A stretch of DNA of 62,366 bases from a virus: positions 1 through 62,366 of the IMG/VR virus record IMGVR_UViG_3300045988_033415; one strand, 5' to 3'. The translations under genes were made by a program, and so were the position numbers. Below the pieces are notes generated by a model. That model saw only the letters and a list, made by a program, of their open reading frames with translations, ran no database searches and had not been told where the DNA came from. The number at the start of each line of letters is the position of its first letter. Positions within the stretch are counted from its first letter, which is position 1. This document shows positions 28,453 to 36,162 of the stretch, piece after piece.

Positions 28453-28554
28453 ATGGTGGTTGTGACACAGAATGGCAAGGAAATCAAGGTAGGTGAAATC
28501 AAATTGCCGGACAAGACAAAAGAGCTGATTGCATCAATAATTGACAATCAGTAA
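28453..28554 (+). CDS. Small hypothetical protein, 33 aa
   Basis: Hand translation MVVVTQNGKEIKVGEIKLPDKTKELIASIIDNQ; RBS GGAGGGG. Confidence 0.4.
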   Translation: MVVVTQNGKEIKVGEIKLPDKTKELIASIIDNQ

Positions 28555-28565
28555 GCATGGGAGTA

Positions 28566-28604
28566 GAATGTGCCGTAACGCGATAAGTACGGCACATTCT
28601 TTTT
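28566..28604 (+). terminator. Strong rho-independent terminator GAATGTGCCGTA-loop-TACGGCACATTC + T5
   Basis: 12-bp perfect stem read directly. Confidence 0.9.
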
Positions 28605-28623
28605 AGTAAGAGGAGGTTAAACG

Positions 28624-29985
28624 ATGGAATGTGTTGTGTACATGAGAGTATCAACAGAGAAGCAAGTCGAAGAAGGCAACGGACTAGAAAGCCAAAAAAG
28701 AGATATTCTCGACTACTGCTCTAAGAACGAGCTGATTGTGACAGATTGGTATGTTGACGATGGCTACACCGGGGCAAATATGAACCGCCCTGAGCTTCAA
28801 AGGCTTGTTGCCGACTGCAAGCACAAGAGGATATCTTGTGTGGTGGCTTTTAAGCTCGACAGATTATCAAGGAATATGATTGACGGGCTATATATGATTG
28901 AGAAGATATTCCAGCCAAACGATGTACAGTTTAAGTGCGTACATGATAGCGTAAGCTATGATAGTCCAATGGAGCAGGCGTATACACAAATGATGGCGGT
29001 TTTTGCACAGCTTGATAAGAATACAATGATGTTGCGTATGCGTGGTGGCATGTTGGAAAGAGTAAAACAAGGCTACTGGCCGGGTGGCGGTAATACGCCT
29101 TATTGCTATTCTTATAGCAAAGACCAAGGTATATTAATACCTATCCCAGAACGCGCAGAACAAGCAAGAAAAGGTCTTGAATTGTACATCAAAGGATATT
29201 CGGATATAAAAATTTGCAAAATATGTGGATATAAAGGCGAGAAAGTTGTCCGGCAGATACTCACAAGCCCGGTAAATATCGGTATGATACCATACAAAGG
29301 CAAGATATATCAAGGTTTACATGAGCCTATTTTTGATAAAGAGCTGTTTGAGCTTGCGCAGCAGTTGAGGAAATCCCGAAGTCTTAATAAGGCAAGCTGT
29401 ATAACTGAACCGAACTTATTGACAGGGCTGTGTTACTGCGGCGTGTGTGGATGCGCTATGCGGTATCAGAAGTGGACACATGGAAAGCACAAGATATATT
29501 GCATGTCAAGAAATAAGGCTATGTCTTATTTGCCAAACCACAACCCGGACTGCAGCAATTCACTTGAATGGGCGGACGATATAGAGGAGCAAGTTGAGAG
29601 AGAAATACTCAAAATATCGCTTGACTTATCATCGTACAAGCCTAAAGAAAAGGAAACAAAGCTTGATATTATGCAGTCACAGCTTGACAAGGAGCAGACA
29701 AAATTGAAAAGGCTGTATGGCTTGTATGCTGATGGGAATGACACAGTACTGAGTATGATTAAGGAGCTTGAAGGGAATATATCTGCGATTAAGGATAACA
29801 TTGCAGGAGAACGGAAGAATTTTTCGGCAAAACAGAAGAATGCTATCGTTTATGATGAAATAAAAAAACTTGCCGATGTTTGGGACAGCATCGACAAGAA
29901 ACAAAAAAATATGATACTTAAAACTATAATTGACAAGATAATCATTGTCAACGGAAACATTGAGATACAGTTAAAGAGTTTTTAG
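28624..29985 (+). CDS. Large serine recombinase
   Basis: VYMRVSTEKQ nucleophile motif, KLDRLSRN, recombinase domain and CGVCG...zinc ribbon, C-terminal coiled coil. Confidence 0.9.
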   Translation: MECVVYMRVSTEKQVEEGNGLESQKRDILDYCSKNELIVTDWYVDDGYTGANMNRPELQRLVADCKHKRISCVVAFKLDRLSRNMIDGLYMIEKIFQPNDVQFKCVHDSVSYDSPMEQAYTQMMAVFAQLDKNTMMLRMRGGMLERVKQGYWPGGGNTPYCYSYSKDQGILIPIPERAEQARKGLELYIKGYSDIKICKICGYKGEKVVRQILTSPVNIGMIPYKGKIYQGLHEPIFDKELFELAQQLRKSRSLNKASCITEPNLLTGLCYCGVCGCAMRYQKWTHGKHKIYCMSRNKAMSYLPNHNPDCSNSLEWADDIEEQVEREILKISLDLSSYKPKEKETKLDIMQSQLDKEQTKLKRLYGLYADGNDTVLSMIKELEGNISAIKDNIAGERKNFSAKQKNAIVYDEIKKLADVWDSIDKKQKNMILKTIIDKIIIVNGNIEIQLKSF

Positions 29986-30080
29986 CACTTACTGTATGCG
30001 GTGCCGATAGCAGTATGCTAGTGCTAATGCCGTATTTATCGCGTTTTTCAAAAGGAAAATAAAATATTTGTCGCTTTTAT

Positions 30081-30113
30081 GTCGCCAAGCTGTCACTTTG
30101 GGCGGCTTTTTTT
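30081..30113 (+). terminator. Terminator GTCGCC-loop-GGCGGC + T7
   Basis: Read directly. Confidence 0.6.
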
Positions 30114-30145
30114 ATGCCAAAATATAAGCAAAGGAGGGATAACAG

Positions 30146-30307
30146 ATGTTGTCGGACAAAGTGAAAGAAAAACTTTTCGCAAAGAAAGAAATACAACAGC
30201 TTGACCTGATGACAGTATCCCTTGTCATTAGCGCGATTGATGAAGCAACAGAGGAGGTAGAAGAAGATGCAGTTAAACAGTCCTCAATATATGAACAGCG
30301 TGTATAA
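30146..30307 (+). CDS. Small hypothetical protein, 53 aa
   Basis: Hand translation; RBS AAAGGAGGG; overlaps next gene by 41 nt. Confidence 0.45.
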   Translation: MLSDKVKEKLFAKKEIQQLDLMTVSLVISAIDEATEEVEEDAVKQSSIYEQRV

Positions 30308-30806
30308 TCCACAAGGGTTTTATCCACAGCAGTACGGCAATTATGCGCCATATCAACAGATACAGCAACAGAGATTTCAACCGCAAGAGCAATATCAGGC
30401 AATGCAGAATCAGCAGGCGATACCCCAGCAGACAATAGGGCTTAACGGACGCATTGTGCAAGTTGTCGAAAACATCAATGCCAACGAGGTCCCTATGGAT
30501 GGCAGTATGGCATTTTTCCCAAAGCAGGATTTATCAGAAATATATGTCAAAGGTTGGAACGCTGACGGAACAATCAAGACGATTGTGTATAAGCCCCAAA
30601 TAGACAATAAATCTGTGCAAGCGGTAAATACTTCACTTGATACGGAAAAACTCAAAATTGACCTGTCAGAACAAGCCACAGCAGGCATTATGCAACGCTT
30701 TGATGACTTATCGGCAAAGATTGAGCAGTTGGAAAACAAGGTAGCTTTAGGAACGCAAAGAAAAAATTCACAATCGCAAAGTAAAAAGGAGAGTGATGAG
30801 GCATGA
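30267..30806 (+). CDS. Protein with Q/N/Y/P-rich prion-like N-terminus (~57 aa) and globular C-terminal part
   Basis: MQLNSPQYMNSVYNPQGFYPQQYGNYAPYQQIQQQRFQPQEQYQAMQNQQAIPQQ...; RBS GAGGAGG. Confidence 0.75.
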   Translation: MQLNSPQYMNSVYNPQGFYPQQYGNYAPYQQIQQQRFQPQEQYQAMQNQQAIPQQTIGLNGRIVQVVENINANEVPMDGSMAFFPKQDLSEIYVKGWNADGTIKTIVYKPQIDNKSVQAVNTSLDTEKLKIDLSEQATAGIMQRFDDLSAKIEQLENKVALGTQRKNSQSQSKKESDEA

Positions 30807-31039
30807 TGAACCCGATGCAATTAATTCAAATGATGCGTGGCGGCAATCCGCAGCAGTTCTTACAGCAGATGATGGGGAATAACAGCGTAATGAGCAACCC
30901 TATGGCTAGAAATGCTATGCAGATGGCTCAAAAAGGAGATTCCAAGGGCATAGAGCAGATGGCTAGGAATTTGTGTCAAGAAAAAGGGTTAAACCCCGAT
31001 GACATTATAAAGCAAATTAAAAGTGGATTTGGAATATAG
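30803..31039 (+). CDS. Met/Gln/Asn-rich small protein
   Basis: MMNPMQLIQMMRGGNPQQFLQQMMGNNSVMSNPMARNAMQMAQ... Confidence 0.7.
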   Translation: MMNPMQLIQMMRGGNPQQFLQQMMGNNSVMSNPMARNAMQMAQKGDSKGIEQMARNLCQEKGLNPDDIIKQIKSGFGI

Positions 31040-31097
31040 CATATTAGAGGAAAACCCGGGAACCTCTTTATGAATAAATTAAACAGGAGGACAAAAT

Positions 31098-31913
31098 ATG
31101 TTCAACTCAAATTGTGCATCGGTTCCGTTGGTCGCCAATATCGACGGAAACAATAATAATGGCTGGGGAGCTGACGGCGGATGGCTTTGGTTTATAGTCG
31201 TTATCTTTGCGATTTTCGGTGGCTGGGGCGGTGGCTTCGGCGGCTGGGGCAACAATGGCGGCGGTGCTATGCAGGGCTACGCTACGCAAGCAGATATTCA
31301 GCGCGGATTTGATAATCAGGCGGTTATCTCAAAGCTTGACGGATTATCAAACGGCTTATGTGATGGCTTCTACGCTATGAATAACAGTGTACTTACTGGT
31401 TTCAACGGTATTAACACAAATATCATGCAGACCGGTTATGGCATCCAGCAGGCTATTAACGCTGATACAGTTGCTAACATGCAGAATACCAATGCTTTAC
31501 AAGCGCAGCTTGCTAACTGCTGCTGCGAGACGAGAGAAGCCATTCAGGGTGTAAACTACAACATGGCAACCAACACCTGCGCTTTGCAGAACACCATGAA
31601 TAATAACACAAGAGACATTATTGACAGCCAGCAGGCAGGAACGAGGGCAATCCTTGACTTCTTGACGCAGGACAAGATAGCAACACTCACAGCAGAGAAT
31701 AACGACTTACGCAGAGCTGCTTCACAGGATAGACAGAATGCACTTCTGACTACAGCTATGACAGCACAGACAAGTCAAATTCTTGACGCTGTAAGGCCTA
31801 CACCAGTTCCGGCATATCCAGCAGCTTCACCTTGCGGGCTTGGCAATTGGTCACCGAATGTGTTAGCAAATGGCTGTGGCTACAACAATGGCTGTGGCGG
31901 TTGCAACTGCTAG
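31098..31913 (+). CDS. Gly/Asn/Trp-rich membrane protein with CCC motif and C-terminal Cys cluster
   Basis: GGWLWFIVVIFAIFGGWGGGFGGWGNNGGG TM/Gly region; LANCCCETREAI; ends NGCGYNNGCGGCNC; RBS CAGGAGGA. Confidence 0.75.
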   Translation: MFNSNCASVPLVANIDGNNNNGWGADGGWLWFIVVIFAIFGGWGGGFGGWGNNGGGAMQGYATQADIQRGFDNQAVISKLDGLSNGLCDGFYAMNNSVLTGFNGINTNIMQTGYGIQQAINADTVANMQNTNALQAQLANCCCETREAIQGVNYNMATNTCALQNTMNNNTRDIIDSQQAGTRAILDFLTQDKIATLTAENNDLRRAASQDRQNALLTTAMTAQTSQILDAVRPTPVPAYPAASPCGLGNWSPNVLANGCGYNNGCGGCNC

Positions 31914-32058
31914 TTACAACTGAATAATTGAGTATCTTAATTGAGTTTAACTCGATTATGTCTGCTATGCAGTATTACGTTGGTACCGACATTGATGTCG
32001 GGAGCATGGGGCAGACTTGTATGGTTTGCCCTTATTTTTGTGAAAGAGAGGAAATAAA

Positions 32059-32487
32059 ATGGCTGAATTTTCAAGCGTTGCAACACAGACAGTTGCAGTA
32101 AACGGAAATGTATTATTTACAGATACACCAACATCAATTTGCAATAAAGGATATATCACGCATAGAACTGGAAGTGGTTTAATCAATGTAAAGGGGGCAA
32201 CGAACACTTGCAGGGCAAAGTACAGAGTGGAATTTAATGGAAATATTGCAGTTCCTACAGGTGGAACAGCAGAAGCAATTTCATTAGCTATTGCTGTCGA
32301 GGGCGAGCCAGATTTATCTACACTGGCAATCTCTACACCGACAGCAGTTGAAGCATTTAACAATGTGTCTATGGCTACAGATGTATGGCTTCCTTGCGGT
32401 TGCTGTCAAGCAATTTCTGTTAAGAATACATCTGAACAGGCTATCAGCGTTGCTAATGCTAACATTACAGTTAATCGTGTTGGATAG
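32059..32487 (+). CDS. BclA-C-terminal/C1q-TNF-like jelly-roll candidate
   Basis: QTVAVNGNVLF...HRTGSGLINVKG...YRVEFNGNIAV...ISVKNTSEQAISVANANITVNRV alternating-strand pattern resembling BclA CTD (recollection). Confidence 0.45.
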   Translation: MAEFSSVATQTVAVNGNVLFTDTPTSICNKGYITHRTGSGLINVKGATNTCRAKYRVEFNGNIAVPTGGTAEAISLAIAVEGEPDLSTLAISTPTAVEAFNNVSMATDVWLPCGCCQAISVKNTSEQAISVANANITVNRVG

Positions 32488-32638
32488 ACTTGTTTGGAAT
32501 GTATGCAATAAGCGCATTATCAACAATTCTGCTGATTGGTATTAGAGTTTGCTTAGAGTACTCTTTCAACTGCTTTTCAACCTCTTTGTCAAGAGTTGTA
32601 GAAAAACGAATGCGGTTTTTAAGTTCATCTTTCGGCAT
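32471..32638 (-). CDS. Ribbon-helix-helix protein (55 aa from ATG 32638)
   Basis: MPKDELKNRIRFSTTLDKEVEKQLKEYSKQTLIPISRIVDNAL; RBS AAAGGTGGTG. Confidence 0.7.
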   Translation of the reverse strand: MPKDELKNRIRFSTTLDKEVEKQLKEYSKQTLIPISRIVDNALIAYIPNKSIQHD

Positions 32639-32660
32639 ATTTACACCACCTTTCATAAAT

Positions 32661-32744
32661 TTAATTAAGTTTAACACAATTTCTTGTTGAATACAAGAAA
32701 ATAATCTGATATAATTTAATTAAGATTAAATAAACTTAATTAAG
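32661..32744. promoter_or_regulatory. Three AAnTTAATTAAG boxes (32661, 32716, 32736) around promoter TTGAAT(32687)-17-TGaTATAAT(32710-32715)
   Basis: Read directly in the divergent region between RHH gene and 32762..33496. Confidence 0.6.
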
Positions 32745-32761
32745 GAAAGCGAGGTAAAGTT

Positions 32762-33496
32762 ATGCCATTTGCCAAAGGACATAATCTTAATCCCGGTAAA
32801 TATGTGGCTGGGTATGAAGACGAATTTGTCACAATTAAAAAAAGAATTGAAGACACATTTAGACCAAGCGGAGAGACTGTGAGAAACTATATTTGCATAT
32901 GTAAAGAATGTGGTAAAGAGTTTTCGACATCTCACACTATGATAAGAGACCACTTCGCAACTTTTTGCAAAGAATGTAAAAAAGAAAGAAGAAAGGAAAA
33001 GAAAAATAAATATTACGGTACAAGAATTTATTCAATTTGGAGAAGCATGTTGAATAGATGCTATTGGGAAAAACATAAACATTATAACAATTATGGCGGT
33101 AGAGGAATAGCAGTATGTGATGAATGGAGATTTAACTCTACTGCTTTTGGAGATTGGGCGATAAGTAATGGATATGCGGACAATCTATCAATAGACCGAA
33201 TTGATAATAATGGAAACTACTGCCCCGAAAATTGCAGATGGGTTACTTGGAAAGAGCAAATGAAAAATAGAAGACCTTTCAGTCGCAACACCAGTAGCAG
33301 AAAGGCTAATAACAGAAAGATTAATAGTAAGAGAAGTCAAAATGCACTTATTGAAATAAATGGTATTATCAAAACAAGGAATGAATGGTGCGATTTTTAC
33401 GGTATTTCAAGAAAAACCGTAGATAAAAGAATTTATGAATTAAAATGGGATGTTGTAGAAGCTATTACAACACCTCCTAGAAAGAGAGGAAAATAA
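32762..33496 (+). CDS. Paralog of 16780..17433 (YNNYGGRGI...CDEW...DRID...NCRW motif protein) with N-terminal zinc-ribbon
   Basis: IYSIWRSMLNRCY...HYNNYGGRGIAVCDEW...SIDRIDNNGNYCPENCRWVTWKEQ. Confidence 0.4.
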   Translation: MPFAKGHNLNPGKYVAGYEDEFVTIKKRIEDTFRPSGETVRNYICICKECGKEFSTSHTMIRDHFATFCKECKKERRKEKKNKYYGTRIYSIWRSMLNRCYWEKHKHYNNYGGRGIAVCDEWRFNSTAFGDWAISNGYADNLSIDRIDNNGNYCPENCRWVTWKEQMKNRRPFSRNTSSRKANNRKINSKRSQNALIEINGIIKTRNEWCDFYGISRKTVDKRIYELKWDVVEAITTPPRKRGK

Positions 33497-33497
33497 A

Positions 33498-34229
33498 TTG
33501 CATATTGAGAGAATACATAGAATGATTGAGTGCCTTACGGAAAAGACACTGTCCGAACTTGACAAAGGCATCGAAAACGTAAATGTTGAGGAAATGTCTG
33601 AAGCCGTTGATATGATTAAGGATTTATGCGAAGCGGAATATCGCGCGGTTATTGTAAAGTCAATGAAAGAAGCAGATGAGGAAGAGAAAGAGCATGACAA
33701 AGAACTTCTTAGAGTTTTAAAAGACGAATACGGCGAAGAGGGTGGCAGACGCTACTACGATGAATACCGCTATATGCGTACTGGCAGGTACGCACCAAAA
33801 GGCAAGGGCAGTTATGTAGGCAGACGTGGTTATGAGGAACCGCCATATTGGCACAGATACCCGGGCGATATGACAGATATGGATTATGACAGCATGGAGC
33901 GCATGAGAGACATGGATAGATTGAGCCGGGGCAAAATGTATTACACCGACATGTCAGACCGCATGGGAATGATTGACCAGCCGAGAAACGGCAGTTCTAC
34001 GGAACGTGATATGCGTGAGGGCAGAAGTGGCATAAGCCGCAAGCATTACATGGAGGCTAAGGAACAGCACAAGGCAAACACTCAGCAGGACAAGGATGCC
34101 AAAATGCAGTCACTTGACGAGTACATGAAGGAGTTGAGCACTGATATGACAGAGCTTTTAACTGATATGACACCTGAGGAACGCACAATGCTGAAAAGCA
34201 AAATGTCAGTGCTTATGACTAAGATTTAA
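33498..34229 (+). CDS. Highly charged, Met/Asp/Arg/Tyr-rich hypothetical protein
   Basis: ORF track; TTG start after GAGAGGA (ATG 33522 alternative). Confidence 0.65.
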   Translation: MHIERIHRMIECLTEKTLSELDKGIENVNVEEMSEAVDMIKDLCEAEYRAVIVKSMKEADEEEKEHDKELLRVLKDEYGEEGGRRYYDEYRYMRTGRYAPKGKGSYVGRRGYEEPPYWHRYPGDMTDMDYDSMERMRDMDRLSRGKMYYTDMSDRMGMIDQPRNGSSTERDMREGRSGISRKHYMEAKEQHKANTQQDKDAKMQSLDEYMKELSTDMTELLTDMTPEERTMLKSKMSVLMTKI

Positions 34230-34276
34230 TTTTTAAAGGTAGGGGCAGAAATGCTCCTACCATTGTGAGGTGCATT

Positions 34277-34597
34277 ATGTTTACAATTAACGGCATTAAC
34301 TGGAACTTAATATTTGTAAATGGCGCAAGCCACGATTTATTGCGTTCAGACGGCACTACAAGCCTTGCTGTGACTGATTGGAACCGCAGGAGTATATTTG
34401 TATCAACCGCACCAAAAGGGACGTATTTAAGGCGCATAATCGCTCACGAACTATGCCACGCATTTTGTTTCAGCTATGACATATCAATGCCGATTGAACA
34501 GGAAGAATATCTTGCGGGCTGGATAAGCCTTTACGGCACTGATTTAGTATATTTGCTTGACGACATCATGTCAAGCCTAGCACGGAGGGCAGTATGA
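34277..34597 (+). CDS. Small HExxH metallopeptidase-like protein (paralog of 51899..52228)
   Basis: IIAHELCHAF motif; RBS GAGGTG before ATG 34277. Confidence 0.55.
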   Translation: MFTINGINWNLIFVNGASHDLLRSDGTTSLAVTDWNRRSIFVSTAPKGTYLRRIIAHELCHAFCFSYDISMPIEQEEYLAGWISLYGTDLVYLLDDIMSSLARRAV

Positions 34598-34734
34598 CAG
34601 CGGAACAGTTATTAGAGTACATAAGGAGAACCAACCCGGAAATGACCATGGAGCGTATGCTATACGAACTTAGTCAAAGCATATATGCGGCTAAAGCTGT
34701 GGTTTTTACTGCACAGAATCAAGTTGAAAAATAA
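34594..34734 (+). CDS. Small hypothetical protein, 46 aa
   Basis: Hand translation MTAEQLLEYIRRTNPEMTMERMLYELSQSIYAAKAVVFTAQNQVEK; ATGA overlap. Confidence 0.5.
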   Translation: MTAEQLLEYIRRTNPEMTMERMLYELSQSIYAAKAVVFTAQNQVEK

Positions 34735-35188
34735 TTAAAAAATTTTGATGTAAAAATTTTTAATACCCCCTACCTATGAAAATGAAAAATAAAAAATCGA
34801 AGTCAAATTCTTGTGAAATTTGGCTCCGATTTAGTGTCATTTTGTCTGATTTTCTCGATATTTTTTTCAAAAAATTTTCCTAAAATTTTCGGGTCAACAT
34901 TTTTGGTACGCCCCTATACCCGGAACGCAAATTTTGAAAATTGATTTCAGATTTTCGCAAAACTCGGCTCTGATTTGGTGTTGTTTTTGAGCCTAAAATG
35001 GCTCTGTGTGACGGCGGGACCAGTAGAATATCACGCCCAAAGCCACCCGGCTCTGCCTATGACAATAAAGTTAGGCGCAACGAACAGACCACCAAACAGC
35101 ATTGCGTTACAAGCTGTCGCCCATTAAGGGCGCAGTTGTCCGCTTGATGATAAAATAGCACTTCGATTTCAATTTGTCAAGGAACGAC

Positions 35189-35219
35189 AAAAAGAGAACT
35201 TTTTAGAAGTTCTCTTTTT
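35189..35219. terminator. Bidirectional terminator AAAAAGAGAACTT-tttag-AAGTTCTCTTTTT
   Basis: 13-bp stem flanked by A-run and T-run; ends minus-strand operon. Confidence 0.85.
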
Positions 35220-35225
35220 AACTAC

Positions 35226-35387
35226 TTATTCCTCCTCAATGGTATCAAGCACCATCTGAATGGCGTACTCACGGGAGCACATCTCGGCACCATCCCATCT
35301 GTTCGCCTCAACCATCTTGTTGGCTTCGGTTTCTGCATCAGCACGAGTGTAGCCGCAGCTCATGAGCCAATTAATTATCTTGTCCAT
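35226..35387 (-). CDS. Small hypothetical protein, 53 aa (below track cutoff)
   Basis: Hand translation MDKIINWLMSCGYTRADAETEANKMVEANRWDGAEMCSREYAIQMVLDTIEEE; RBS GGGAGGA. Confidence 0.65.
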   Translation of the reverse strand: MDKIINWLMSCGYTRADAETEANKMVEANRWDGAEMCSREYAIQMVLDTIEEE

Positions 35388-35483
35388 GGTGTAAATCCTC
35401 CCTTGCTAAATTTTCAAGCCCCAAAGCGGAGCTGATACCGCCGCCCGGTAATGAGCCGGGGACATTCTCTGCGGCGGTGAATT
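35388..35483 (-). repeat. Intergenic GC-rich hairpin module, copy 1 (homologous to 36163..36263)
   Basis: Minus sense: ACCGCCGCAGAGaATG...GGCGGCGGT, second hairpin, AAAATTT, then RBS; same block order in the other copy. Confidence 0.7.
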
Positions 35484-35786
35484 TTACAAGCCGTAAAAGC
35501 TGAGAAGTTCAGCCTTGCGGCTATCATCGAACACGACCTCTGTTTTGCGGACACCAAAATCACAAAATAGCCAAGTGTCGCCGGCAACTATCGAAGCTGC
35601 TAACCCTCCCATCAATGCGTGGTCGACACAGCCAGCGACTGCATAAGCCAGCATCTCAGTTGTACCCTTTGACAGGCAAGTCAACATAAGTGCCTCGCTT
35701 GTAGCTGTTTTTTTGGCTACAAGCTCCATAATTTCATTACTAGACGCAAATACGTCATCGCAATTATAAATGTCTAGTTTCTTCAT
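35484..35786 (-). CDS. Hypothetical protein (100 aa)
   Basis: ORF track; RBS GGAGGT. Confidence 0.7.
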   Translation of the reverse strand: MKKLDIYNCDDVFASSNEIMELVAKKTATSEALMLTCLSKGTTEMLAYAVAGCVDHALMGGLAASIVAGDTWLFCDFGVRKTEVVFDDSRKAELLSFYGL

Positions 35787-35836
35787 ATTCTAATACCTCC
35801 GTATATTTAATTATATAGCCGACTTTATCGGCTGAA

Positions 35837-35884
35837 AAGTGACGGGCGGAATCGAACCGCCCACGTTGGCACCTGCCGTCACTT
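35837..35884 (-). ncRNA. tRNA-like minihelix: 7-bp acceptor-like stem AAGTGAC/GTCACTT, 15-nt linker, canonical T-arm GGGCGG-TTCGATT-CCGCCC
   Basis: Read on minus strand between two small ORFs; no D or anticodon arm; followed by hairpin AGCCGA-taaag-TCGGCT. Confidence 0.5.
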
Positions 35885-35886
35885 GG

Positions 35887-36162
35887 CTAGTTTGATAAAA
35901 TCATTCTAGCCGTGTTATAAACATACAGCCTGTTGTGGCTGTGGCGTTTAAAATCTCCATTTTCAGCAATCACGCGCCCGATATTCTCATATTTGAGGCT
36001 CACAAGCATTAAATACTTGTCGAGCAGTTCATCCGGGCATTTCAGACACTCGATGGCGTTTTCTATCTCGTCTTTCTTGCTGTTATAATAAATGCCCTCG
36101 ATTTTCACGCCCTTGCTGTCTTGAAGCTTTTCAAATTCCTGCATCAATTCTGCTTTCGTCAT
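35887..36162 (-). CDS. Hypothetical protein (91 aa)
   Basis: ORF track; RBS AAGGAGGAA. Confidence 0.7.
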   Translation of the reverse strand: MTKAELMQEFEKLQDSKGVKIEGIYYNSKKDEIENAIECLKCPDELLDKYLMLVSLKYENIGRVIAENGDFKRHSHNRLYVYNTARMILSN

